Source: an archaeon
GTDB lineage: Archaea; Nanobdellota; Nanobdellia; Pacearchaeales; GW2011-AR1
NCBI GenBank assembly: GCA_043810775.1
Contig: JBDRNU010000023.1
Location: 1-26,213, forward strand
DNA length: 26,213 nt
Direction: 5' to 3'
Notes under the pieces: model-generated
What the model saw: only the letters and a program-made list of their open reading frames with translations
The model's database searches: none
Told to the model about the DNA's origin: nothing
Shown here: positions 1-7,139 of the stretch, piece by piece
How positions within the stretch are numbered: the stretch's first letter is position 1
How the letters are laid out: each line of letters starts with the position of its first letter
Translations under genes and position numbers: made by a program

Positions 1-2
1 AA

Positions 3-299
3 ACAGATTCTGCAGGGCATGATAACAAGCCTATTGAGAAAAAGGAGATGATTGAGTTAATTGACAAAAAACTATTTACTTTTTTAAGGAAATTTTGTGG
101 GAAAGAAAAAGTAAAGGTTTTAGTTACAGCAGACCATTCAACTCCTTGCAAGTTTAAGCAACATAGTGCCCATCCTGTACCTTTATTATTTTGTGATTGG
201 CATGGAAGGGGGAATAAAACCTTTTCTGAGAAAGATGCAAAAAATGGGAAATTAGGGGAGTTGCTAGGAAGAGATGTTATGCGACTGATTCATTCTTAA
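3..299 (+). CDS. apgM: 2,3-bisphosphoglycerate-independent phosphoglycerate mutase (ApgM type), C-terminal part, 5'-truncated by window edge
   Basis: Frame is open from base 3 (TDSAGHDNKPIEKKEMIELID...). Metal-binding motifs D-x-x-GHD and TADHSTP...H-S-x-x-PVP of the archaeal iPGM/alkaline phosphatase superfamily are present. Confidence 0.9.
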   Translation, partial: TDSAGHDNKPIEKKEMIELIDKKLFTFLRKFCGKEKVKVLVTADHSTPCKFKQHSAHPVPLLFCDWHGRGNKTFSEKDAKNGKLGELLGRDVMRLIHS

Positions 300-352
300 C
301 ATATACTTTTAGCAATAATAATGTTTATAATTCTCTATAATCTGGCTTATAT

Positions 353-910
353 ATGATAACTTATAATGATATTTATGAGGCTTTAAGAAAAGAGAGGTAT
401 TCTGAGCAGCTTCAGCCCTTAGGTAAAAATTTTATAGTTGATTTTGCCAAGTATATTGAGGAAAAGAAAAATCTATCCAGTAGAGATGGTGATCTTTTTT
501 CTGATAATGTAACTAAATCAAAAAAACAGCTTGAAAATGCGGTTTCTATTTTTAAAGAGCTATTATTAAGGAGAAAAAAGAAGCTTCTTAATTTGTCATT
601 TGTAGCTGCAGAGACAGGGATATCTAAGAGGGACTTTGAGAATATGCTTCCTTTTGAAAAAAAACTTTTTGATGATATTATGTCTGGTATGGAGAAAGCT
701 GAAAAGGAAATCAGCAGTCTGATGAACGGGCATAAAGTTGAGGAGATAAAAAATGCCCTCATTGTTTTTAAAGAGGATACTGAACAATTTTTAGGAATTA
801 GTGGCGAGACTCTAGGACCTTATGTTAAAGGAGATATAGCTAATCTCCCAAGTGATATAGCTAAAATTCTTGTTGGAGGAAAGAAAGCAGGTTATTTAGA
901 TGAAGGATGA
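353..910 (+). CDS. gins51: DNA replication GINS complex subunit (Gins51/Gins15 type)
   Basis: Helical A-domain (LRKERYSEQLQPL...RRKKKLL...MLPFEKKLF) followed by the beta B-domain motif F-x-G-x-x-G-x-x-x-GP-x-x-x-GD-x-x-x-LP-x-x-x-A-x-x-L. Confidence 0.85.
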   Translation: MITYNDIYEALRKERYSEQLQPLGKNFIVDFAKYIEEKKNLSSRDGDLFSDNVTKSKKQLENAVSIFKELLLRRKKKLLNLSFVAAETGISKRDFENMLPFEKKLFDDIMSGMEKAEKEISSLMNGHKVEEIKNALIVFKEDTEQFLGISGETLGPYVKGDIANLPSDIAKILVGGKKAGYLDEG

Positions 911-1650
911 CAAGCATTTTGATTTCAGTATTACTAGGATTGGTGCAAGGAATTAGTGAGTGGCTTCCAATTTCTTCAAGTGGGCATCTTGCGATTATTC
1001 AGAATATTTTTAAAATAAATGTTGGGGTTGAATTTGACATAGCCCTTCATTTTGGGACTATTTTGGCTGTTGTTGTGTTTTTTTGGAAAGATATAGTGAA
1101 AATAGTTACTAAGGAACAGAAAATTTTAGTATATATTATTGTTGCGAGTATCCCTACTGCAATAATTGGTTTTGGGCTTTCGCTTTATATTAACAATATA
1201 TTTTCAAGTTTTTTGATTATTGGGATTTCTTTTTTAATTACTGGGGCTTTAATTTTTATTTCAAGCTTGTATTTTGAAAGAGGAAAGTTAAATATTAGGA
1301 ATACTTTTATTGCTGGAATTTTCCAAGGTGTAGCTGTAATTCCGGGAATATCCAGAAGTGGAGCTACAATATCCAGCTTGATGTTTCAAGGGGTTGAAAG
1401 AAAACAGGCAGCTAGATTTTCTTTTTTATTAGCTATTCCTGCTGTTATTGGAGCGAATTTAATAGAGATAAAGAGCATTGTTAGTTTAGATTATTTTAAT
1501 TTAATTCCAGGCTTATTAGCTGCTTTTATAGGTGGATTAGTTGCCTTATTTTTACTTTTTAATTATATGATAGAATCTAGGTGGAGGTGGTTTGCTTATT
1601 ATTGTTGGTTTTTAGGATTAGTGGTTTTGATATTGTATTTTTTGATATAA
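907..1650 (+). CDS. uppP: Undecaprenyl-diphosphate phosphatase (BacA/UppP family)
   Basis: QGISEWLPISSSGHL and PGISRSGATI motifs, AARFSFLL, multiple TM helices; overlaps the upstream stop (ATGA). Confidence 0.95.
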   Translation: MTSILISVLLGLVQGISEWLPISSSGHLAIIQNIFKINVGVEFDIALHFGTILAVVVFFWKDIVKIVTKEQKILVYIIVASIPTAIIGFGLSLYINNIFSSFLIIGISFLITGALIFISSLYFERGKLNIRNTFIAGIFQGVAVIPGISRSGATISSLMFQGVERKQAARFSFLLAIPAVIGANLIEIKSIVSLDYFNLIPGLLAAFIGGLVALFLLFNYMIESRWRWFAYYCWFLGLVVLILYFLI

Positions 1651-1678
1651 TTAAATTTATTAAGTCTTGATTAGATAA

Positions 1679-2137
1679 ATGGCGATGGACAAACAACTTG
1701 CTCTATATGGGGAAGCTAGTGATTTATATTGGGAAAAAATAAAGGAGATTTCTTTGGAGAGATTTTCAGATGTTTCTACAAGATTAGTTGAATCTGGAGT
1801 AATTGATAATGCTTTAATTGACAAGGGTCAGTTACTTATGGCTATAACTGCTATTGAGACTTTTGATGAGCTTGAAAGAAAAGCTTATGAAGATAGTAAA
1901 CTTGCTGGGGAGTTAATTGAGTATTGTGGTTGGGGTGATTCATATGGGAGGTTTGGTTGGTGCATGGCTTCTGGGTTTAATGATTGTGAGTATGTGAGGG
2001 AGATGCTTAGGAATGAGTATGGAATAGAAAGATTTCTTAAGAGTGAGAAAAAACTAGATTTGAGTAGAACTAAGATTTCTGAAATAAGAAAAGTTTGGAA
2101 ATCTTCAGAAGAATCTTTGGTTGATTCAAGAAGTTAG
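1679..2137 (+). CDS. Hypothetical protein
   Basis: 152-aa ORF filling the gap between genes, with a TATA-like TTTATTAA upstream; no recognisable motif. Confidence 0.7.
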   Translation: MAMDKQLALYGEASDLYWEKIKEISLERFSDVSTRLVESGVIDNALIDKGQLLMAITAIETFDELERKAYEDSKLAGELIEYCGWGDSYGRFGWCMASGFNDCEYVREMLRNEYGIERFLKSEKKLDLSRTKISEIRKVWKSSEESLVDSRS

Positions 2138-2167
2138 TTTTATAAACAAGTTTCTTTTTATTATAAT

Positions 2168-2365
2168 ATGAAATCTGATTGGCTCGCGTTAGTATCTGGA
2201 ATTGCCTTGATTATTATAGGTTTGATTATAATAATAGCTTCTAAATTCCATATAGTTGGAATTATTTATGGAGTACTAGCTATTTTAATTGGAATATGCA
2301 TCCTAGTTTTTTCTAATCAAGAAAGTGAAATTGAACAAATTAAATCTAAACGGAGGAAAAAATGA
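2168..2365 (+). CDS. Small two-TM membrane protein
   Basis: Two hydrophobic helices plus a charged tail (ESEIEQIK); overlaps the next start (ATGA). Confidence 0.75.
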   Translation: MKSDWLALVSGIALIIIGLIIIIASKFHIVGIIYGVLAILIGICILVFSNQESEIEQIKSKRRKK

Positions 2366-2685
2366 GTGAAATTATTGTAACTACTGCAGAAGAAATTCCA
2401 GGCAAGAAAATTAAGAAAGTTTTAGGAATTGTTAAGGGAAATACTGTAAGAGCTAGAAACATTGGAAGAGATATAGGTGCTGGATTAAAAAATATTATTG
2501 GTGGAGAGGTAAAGACCTATACACAAATGACTGAACAGGCCAGAGATGAAGCATATAATAGAATGGTAAATCAGGCCATTGACATGGGAGCTGATGCAAT
2601 TGTTTGCATGAGATTTATGACTTCAATGGTGATGACTGGTGCTTCTGAAATGCTGGCTTATGGCACTGCTGTAAAACTTAGTTAG
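2362..2685 (+). CDS. ybjQ: YbjQ/UPF0145 family (putative heavy-metal-binding) protein
   Basis: TT-x-x-IPG...GIVKG...RDIGAGLKNIIGGE...AR-x-x-A...GADAIV...AYGTAV family signature. Confidence 0.92.
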   Translation: MSEIIVTTAEEIPGKKIKKVLGIVKGNTVRARNIGRDIGAGLKNIIGGEVKTYTQMTEQARDEAYNRMVNQAIDMGADAIVCMRFMTSMVMTGASEMLAYGTAVKLS

Positions 2686-3052
2686 TAGATGATAATTCAA
2701 TCTCTAACATAGATGCTTCAATTAATTCTTTAACTTGTAGTTTCGGATTATTAATTGTTTCTTTTAGTGCTATGATTGCAGCTCTTTCAAGCTCCCCTAA
2801 TAGCATGGGGGAACTTCTTGATTCATTTATTGTTATAGTTATTATACTATTTTCTATATCTTCTTTATATTCTAAAGAAGAAGCTTCTCCATAAGGATTA
2901 GCAGGATCTAGTAATTTAGTGAAAGAAGCAACTATTTCCGGAGATGTTTCAATTAGTGTAGCGTGATATTGAGAAGGAGAATCGCCATTAGATAAATCAA
3001 TGTATGGAAATCCACATTCATCATTTTGTATTTTAAACTTATACTTTTTCAT
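2678..3052 (-). CDS. Hypothetical protein
   Basis: 124-aa ORF convergent with ybjQ; no motif recognised. Confidence 0.65.
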   Translation of the reverse strand: MKKYKFKIQNDECGFPYIDLSNGDSPSQYHATLIETSPEIVASFTKLLDPANPYGEASSLEYKEDIENSIITITINESRSSPMLLGELERAAIIALKETINNPKLQVKELIEASMLEIELSSTN

Positions 3053-3134
3053 TTGAACTTATTAATATAATTGGCTGGAATAGAATAAGCCTATAAAAAT
3101 GGTGGAAATATGGGTTTTTAAAGCTTTTGAAGAC

Positions 3135-3668
3135 CTAGAATTTCAGGAAATTTGAATTTTTACCATAACTTTTAATAACTTTTGAAGAGAAATCACTTGT
3201 TGTTTGTTTTAAGCTAAAGTTAAGTTTATTTAGCAAGTTTAGGATTTCTTTTTTTGGGCCTTCTATTTCCAGATAAGGTGGAATTTCAGGATACTTATCA
3301 ATTTCAATATGCAAGTTATTAAGTTTAAATGAGGTTCTCTTTTTTTCCCGATGCTTCTTGACTATTAGGCCAATATTCAACAGAATTTTTTCAACAACCT
3401 TAAAATTATCTACGTTTGCCTCTATTTCTTCATTAATTTTGAAATTAGAGTCTTTTTGTTTTGTACTTTTATGACATATTTCTGCTTTATCCCCTATTTT
3501 TCTTAACCTTAATAAATCACCTTTATTAGTAATCTTATTATCTTTAAAATCAAAGTGCTTTTCAACAACAAGCCTTTGAGGAATTTTTTTAGCTCCTAAC
3601 TTGATTAATTTTTTTTCAATTTCTTTAGTATTTATATTAAGAATTTTTAGCTCTATTTCTTCAACCAT
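3135..3668 (-). CDS. cyaB: CYTH domain protein (class IV adenylate cyclase/triphosphate tunnel metalloenzyme family)
   Basis: N-terminal E-x-E-x-K (EIELK), LRLR, K-x-R, and YLEIEG motifs. True activity within the CYTH family is unknown. Confidence 0.88.
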   Translation of the reverse strand: MVEEIELKILNINTKEIEKKLIKLGAKKIPQRLVVEKHFDFKDNKITNKGDLLRLRKIGDKAEICHKSTKQKDSNFKINEEIEANVDNFKVVEKILLNIGLIVKKHREKKRTSFKLNNLHIEIDKYPEIPPYLEIEGPKKEILNLLNKLNFSLKQTTSDFSSKVIKSYGKNSNFLKF

Positions 3669-3675
3669 TTTAATA

Positions 3676-3766
3676 AGCCTGCGGAGGGATTTGAACCCCC
3701 GACCCTTGGTTTTTTTGATTTTAATTTATACAAAACCAATGCTCTAGCCAACTGAGCTACGCAGGC
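3676..3766 (-). tRNA. tRNA-Thr(UGU) with 17-nt intron at canonical position 37/38 (intron 3712-3728)
   Basis: Minus strand folds as GCCTGCG/CGCAGGC acceptor, GCTC/GAGC D-stem, TTGGT/ACCAA anticodon stem with TT-TGT-A|intron|A, and T-loop TTCAAAT. Intron CAAA pairs with exon TTTG, forming the central helix of a bulge-helix-bulge-like motif. Confidence 0.93.
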
Positions 3767-3849
3767 TTAATATTAGTGATAGAAGAGAGTTTAAAAAGGT
3801 TATTTATGACTATAGTAATTCTTATAAAGTGGGGTAATAGAGTTTGAGT

Positions 3850-4185
3850 ATGGGAATTCAGATTTGGTATGATGCAAGGTGTTCTACAGCTAAATATCTT
3901 GCTAGAGTATATGGGGAGGAGTCTGTGCCTGAGAGTTTTATAAGTGTTGAAGGTCAAAAGTGTTTAGATGGATTTAAAGATATATTTTTGGTTAGTGGAG
4001 AATTTATCCAGGGTGAGATAAGATCAAGTGAAATTGTAAGTAAAAGAGAAATAGGGGGAGATGATTCAGAAATGGACTTGAAAAATTTCTTGTTAAGTGA
4101 TTTAGGCACTTATTTTAAAGAACATTTTGGTGCTAATACAGATTTAATTAGCCAATTTGAGGCAGAAGCAAGTTTATTATCTTAG
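3850..4185 (+). CDS. Hypothetical protein
   Basis: Acidic ~111-aa ORF. ATG at 3850 is preferred over TTG at 3844; TATA-like TTATAAA at about 3822-3828. Confidence 0.65.
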   Translation: MGIQIWYDARCSTAKYLARVYGEESVPESFISVEGQKCLDGFKDIFLVSGEFIQGEIRSSEIVSKREIGGDDSEMDLKNFLLSDLGTYFKEHFGANTDLISQFEAEASLLS

Positions 4186-4188
4186 AGT

Positions 4189-4698
4189 TTAAAGTATATT
4201 ATATTTTTCAAGTATTTCTTGAGAGAAATATATTTTAGCTTCTCTTAAAAATTCTTGCGGAGTTCTACAACAATGAAAAGCGTCAATTCTTATTTGTATT
4301 GGCTCTCCATTTTCTTTGGTTTCCTGTACCATTGGGCCAAGGAATCTTGCTCTTAGGGTATTGCAAAATTCTGGTTTCTTGTATTTTTCAAAAGAAGTGG
4401 GACCTACTAAATTATCTATACTTTGAAATGTATTTTGGATTAAATGAGTCAATAAAAAAGCAGATGCTTTTTGAGAATTTCCGTATAATTTTATTCTAGA
4501 CTGAATATCCCTTTGAACAAATTTAAGAGGATTTCCTCTGCCATCAGAATATATTATTGGAATTAGGCTAAGATAATCTTTAATTTCTGCTCTCTCAAGA
4601 ATTTTAAATCCTTCAGTTTCAAGAATTTGAACTACTTCATCTTCTTCTTTGTTTCCTGTGTGAGGGCATTTTAACAGTAATACACTTAAATTTTCCAT
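4189..4698 (-). CDS. Divergent nucleoside diphosphate kinase-like protein
   Basis: NDK landmarks in the correct order: LLLK (IKPD), EGFKI, VGPT (IGAT), TLRARF (TIRGDF), DAFHCC (NAVHGS, phospho-His), REAKIYF (REIALFF). Confidence 0.7.
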   Translation of the reverse strand: MENLSVLLLKCPHTGNKEEDEVVQILETEGFKILERAEIKDYLSLIPIIYSDGRGNPLKFVQRDIQSRIKLYGNSQKASAFLLTHLIQNTFQSIDNLVGPTSFEKYKKPEFCNTLRARFLGPMVQETKENGEPIQIRIDAFHCCRTPQEFLREAKIYFSQEILEKYNIL

Positions 4699-4713
4699 TT
4701 AGAATAAACTAGT

Positions 4714-5274
4714 TTAATCAATTTTTTCAGTTTTAACTTCTGTTTCTGGTTTTTGCTTTCCAACTTTTTTAATGTCACGGATTTCACATAAGCCAAGAGG
4801 ATAGATTTTTTTTAGCTTTTGACTCATTGGCTTTTGCAGTCTTGACGATATAATTTCAGAGAATATTTCTTCGGTTTTTTTATCTCTTACATATTCCATT
4901 AGATATTCTTTAGTAGCTATTCTTAGGGCTTTCCTCACACTTCTATGAACTTTTTTTCGTGTAATTAGTAGTGTTTTTATTCTGATTTTGTAGTCTTTGG
5001 CATCAGTTTCAAATGAATCTTCCACATAGCTAGTAGATTTCCTCATCATTCTTCTGATAAAATAAGGCATGACTAGAAGCCTAATTGTTTCTGCCACTAA
5101 TTTTTTATCTTCAATTTTTATTTTAAAAGTAGCTTCAATACTTTTCCCCCTTAGCTGCCTAGTTAGATCAAGCTTAATGTTTCTTCCTTCTACATCTTTT
5201 GGCTCTTCAGCTAAAACTTTAATTTCAGTTTTTATTAGTGGTATCTGAACTTCTAAAAATTTTTTCTTTGCCAT
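4714..5274 (-). CDS. rps3ae: 30S ribosomal protein S3Ae (eS1)
   Basis: GR-x-I-x-x-DL, YFIRRMMRK-x-TS-x-VE and KKIYPL-x-x-CEIR motifs. ATG at 5274 (MAKKK) is preferred over TTG at 5283. Confidence 0.9.
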   Translation of the reverse strand: MAKKKFLEVQIPLIKTEIKVLAEEPKDVEGRNIKLDLTRQLRGKSIEATFKIKIEDKKLVAETIRLLVMPYFIRRMMRKSTSYVEDSFETDAKDYKIRIKTLLITRKKVHRSVRKALRIATKEYLMEYVRDKKTEEIFSEIISSRLQKPMSQKLKKIYPLGLCEIRDIKKVGKQKPETEVKTEKID

Positions 5275-5280
5275 GCCTGA

Positions 5281-5321
5281 CAACCTAACGGTTTTCTTGG
5301 CTAACTTTCCCTTGAATTAGC
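5281..5321 (-). promoter_or_regulatory. Putative structured leader RNA motif, copy 1 (upstream of rps3ae)
   Basis: Minus strand GCUAAUU-CAAGGGAA-AGUUAGC hairpin, A-rich linker, AACC-GUUA-GGUU hairpin, then G plus 6 nt before AUG. A second copy lies at 15577-15616. Confidence 0.65.
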
Positions 5322-5340
5322 TTAAATTTAATTATCATTT

Positions 5341-5670
5341 TTATTGTTTTGCAACCTTGTCCTCTATTTGAATTTTACTTACTCTTCTTGAGTTTTTAGC
5401 TTGCTTTGATTTTTTGCATTCCTTACAAGTATAAATTAAAACTAACCTTTTTGTAGATTTTGTTTTTCTCTTCCATTTAGTTGCTGCTGGTTTACTTCCC
5501 CATCTTCCCTTATTTCCCATTCCTCTTGCAAGCCCCCTTTTCTTAGCTCTTTTAAGAGCACCCCTTTTTAGAGTTCCTCTCTTAGAGCCTGTGCTAACTA
5601 GATTTATTTTCTGTTCTGTTTTTTTCCTGCAATAAGGGCAGTATCTATTAGTTTTTTTAGGAACTTTCAT
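5341..5670 (-). CDS. rpl44e: 50S ribosomal protein L44e (eL42)
   Basis: MKVPK...YCPYC...K-x-TK...Y-x-CKEC zinc ribbon; very basic; GGAGG just upstream. Confidence 0.93.
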   Translation of the reverse strand: MKVPKKTNRYCPYCRKKTEQKINLVSTGSKRGTLKRGALKRAKKRGLARGMGNKGRWGSKPAATKWKRKTKSTKRLVLIYTCKECKKSKQAKNSRRVSKIQIEDKVAKQ

Positions 5671-5755
5671 TTGCCTCCAAAAGAACCTTGATTATTTTGG
5701 AATCTCCTTTAATATAGTTGAAAAATTAGCTTTTTAAAGGTTTTTAATGCTCAAA

Positions 5756-6919
5756 TTAGCTTAATTCTTGTTTAAGAGAATCAACTTTGTCTAATCTTTC
5801 CCAAGTGAAATCTGGGTCGCTCCTTCCGAAGTGACCATAAGCAGCAGTTTTTTTATAAATTGGCCTTTTTAAGTCGAGCTGCTTTAGTATATCTGCTGGT
5901 TTAAGAGGAAAATTTTTCTTGATAAGTTCTATGATTTTTTCTTCTGGTATTTTGTTAGTATTAAAACAATCTAAATGAACTGAAGTTGGTTCTGCTACTC
6001 CCAGGGCATAACTTAGCTGAATTTCACACTTATCGACTAGACCAGCAGCAACTATATTCTTAGCTATATATCTTGCTGCATATGCAGCACTTCTATCAAC
6101 TTTTGATGGGTCTTTTCCCGAGAAACACCCTCCTCCATGCCTTCCAATTCCACCATAGGTATCAACAATAATTTTTCTTCCTGTAACGCCTGTGTCTGCT
6201 TCTGGACCGCCCATTACAAATCTACCTGAAGCATTAATATGAATTTTTGTGTTTTCATCGAGCATATTTCCACATACAGGTTTTATGACTTTTTCTAGGA
6301 TTTCTTTTTTAAGTTCTTCTTCTTCAATATCATTTTTATGCTGCTGCGCAATAACTACAGCTTCAATTCTTTTTGGTTTTTCATCTTCATATTCTACTGT
6401 AACCTGGCTTTTTCCGTCCGGGCCTAGACTTTTCACTTCTCCGTTTCTTCTTACTTCAGCTAATTTTCTTGTTAGTTTGTGAGCAAGAATTATTGGCAGA
6501 GGCATATATTCAGGTGTTTCATTACAAGCATAACCATACATCATTCCTTGATCTCCTGCCCCTTGTTCTTTATGCTGGCCTTGATTTTCTGTTACGCCCT
6601 GACTTATATCTGGACTTTGACCGTGAATGGATACCCAGACACCTGCGTCTTCATAATCTATTCCAAATTGAGGATCTATATAACCAATTTCTTTAAGAGT
6701 TTGCCTGACTATTTTTTGAATATCTGCGTATCCATTAGTTGTTACTTCACCTGCTACATGGATTGTGCCCGTTGTTGTAAGGCATTCAATAGCTACTCTT
6801 GAGTTTGGATCTTGTTTTAGAAATTCATCTAGGATAGAATCTGATATCTGGTCACAAATTTTATCTGGATGTCCTTCTGTTACTGATTCAGAAGTGTAAA
6901 AATATTTTCCTTTTTTCAT
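5756..6919 (-). CDS. metK: S-adenosylmethionine synthetase, bacterial/eukaryotic type
   Basis: [37 protein letters not shown][13 protein letters not shown] and TAAYGHFGR motifs. Confidence 0.98.
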   Translation of the reverse strand: MKKGKYFYTSESVTEGHPDKICDQISDSILDEFLKQDPNSRVAIECLTTTGTIHVAGEVTTNGYADIQKIVRQTLKEIGYIDPQFGIDYEDAGVWVSIHGQSPDISQGVTENQGQHKEQGAGDQGMMYGYACNETPEYMPLPIILAHKLTRKLAEVRRNGEVKSLGPDGKSQVTVEYEDEKPKRIEAVVIAQQHKNDIEEEELKKEILEKVIKPVCGNMLDENTKIHINASGRFVMGGPEADTGVTGRKIIVDTYGGIGRHGGGCFSGKDPSKVDRSAAYAARYIAKNIVAAGLVDKCEIQLSYALGVAEPTSVHLDCFNTNKIPEEKIIELIKKNFPLKPADILKQLDLKRPIYKKTAAYGHFGRSDPDFTWERLDKVDSLKQELS

Positions 6920-6974
6920 TTTTTTATCTAATCTTAGTTATTTTTAAATTTAATTATACTCTAGGATAGGTTCA

Positions 6975-7047
6975 TGGGCCTGCGCAGAATTGAACTGCGA
7001 ATCTCATCGACGTCAACGATGCGTCATAACCACTAGACCACAGGCCC
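6975..7047 (-). tRNA. tRNA-Val(GAC)
   Basis: Minus strand has GGGCCTG/CAGGCCC acceptor, CATCG-TT-GAC-GT-CGATG anticodon arm, and CGCAG-TTCAATT-CTGCG T-arm. CCA is not encoded. Confidence 0.95.
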
Positions 7048-7110
7048 TTAGAATTTGTTAGAAATTCAAGGTTATAAACTTTACTTCCTGCCTAGAGTTA
7101 GTTAATAAAC

Positions 7111-7118
7111 TTTAAATA
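7111..7118 (+). promoter_or_regulatory. Archaeal TATA box for the 7140/9067 operon (probably leaderless transcript)
   Basis: TTTAAATA preceded by A-rich BRE-like AATAAAC, about 25 nt upstream of ATG 7140. Confidence 0.55.
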
Positions 7119-7139
7119 TAGTCTAATCTTAAACTTTAT

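Noticed and set aside
412-787. Antisense ORFs 412-762 and 596-787
   Set aside because: They shadow the GINS gene and have no protein-like features.
3757-3957. 66-aa minus-strand ORF
   Set aside because: Overlaps tRNA-Thr, its promoter region and ORF 3850.
5281-5321. Assignment of the leader motif to a known riboswitch (preQ1/SAM) or SECIS
   Set aside because: I could not find the consensus nucleotides or pseudoknot pairings of those families, and the downstream genes are unrelated to those ligands. Left unassigned.
6249-6802. Plus-strand ORFs inside metK, and similar shadow ORFs at 4299, 9210, 10423, 12300, 13424, 13782, 16692, 17453, 20211, 21374, 24390, 24858, 25432 and 25885
   Set aside because: They overlap well-supported genes on the opposite strand or in another frame, consistent with codon-bias artefacts.
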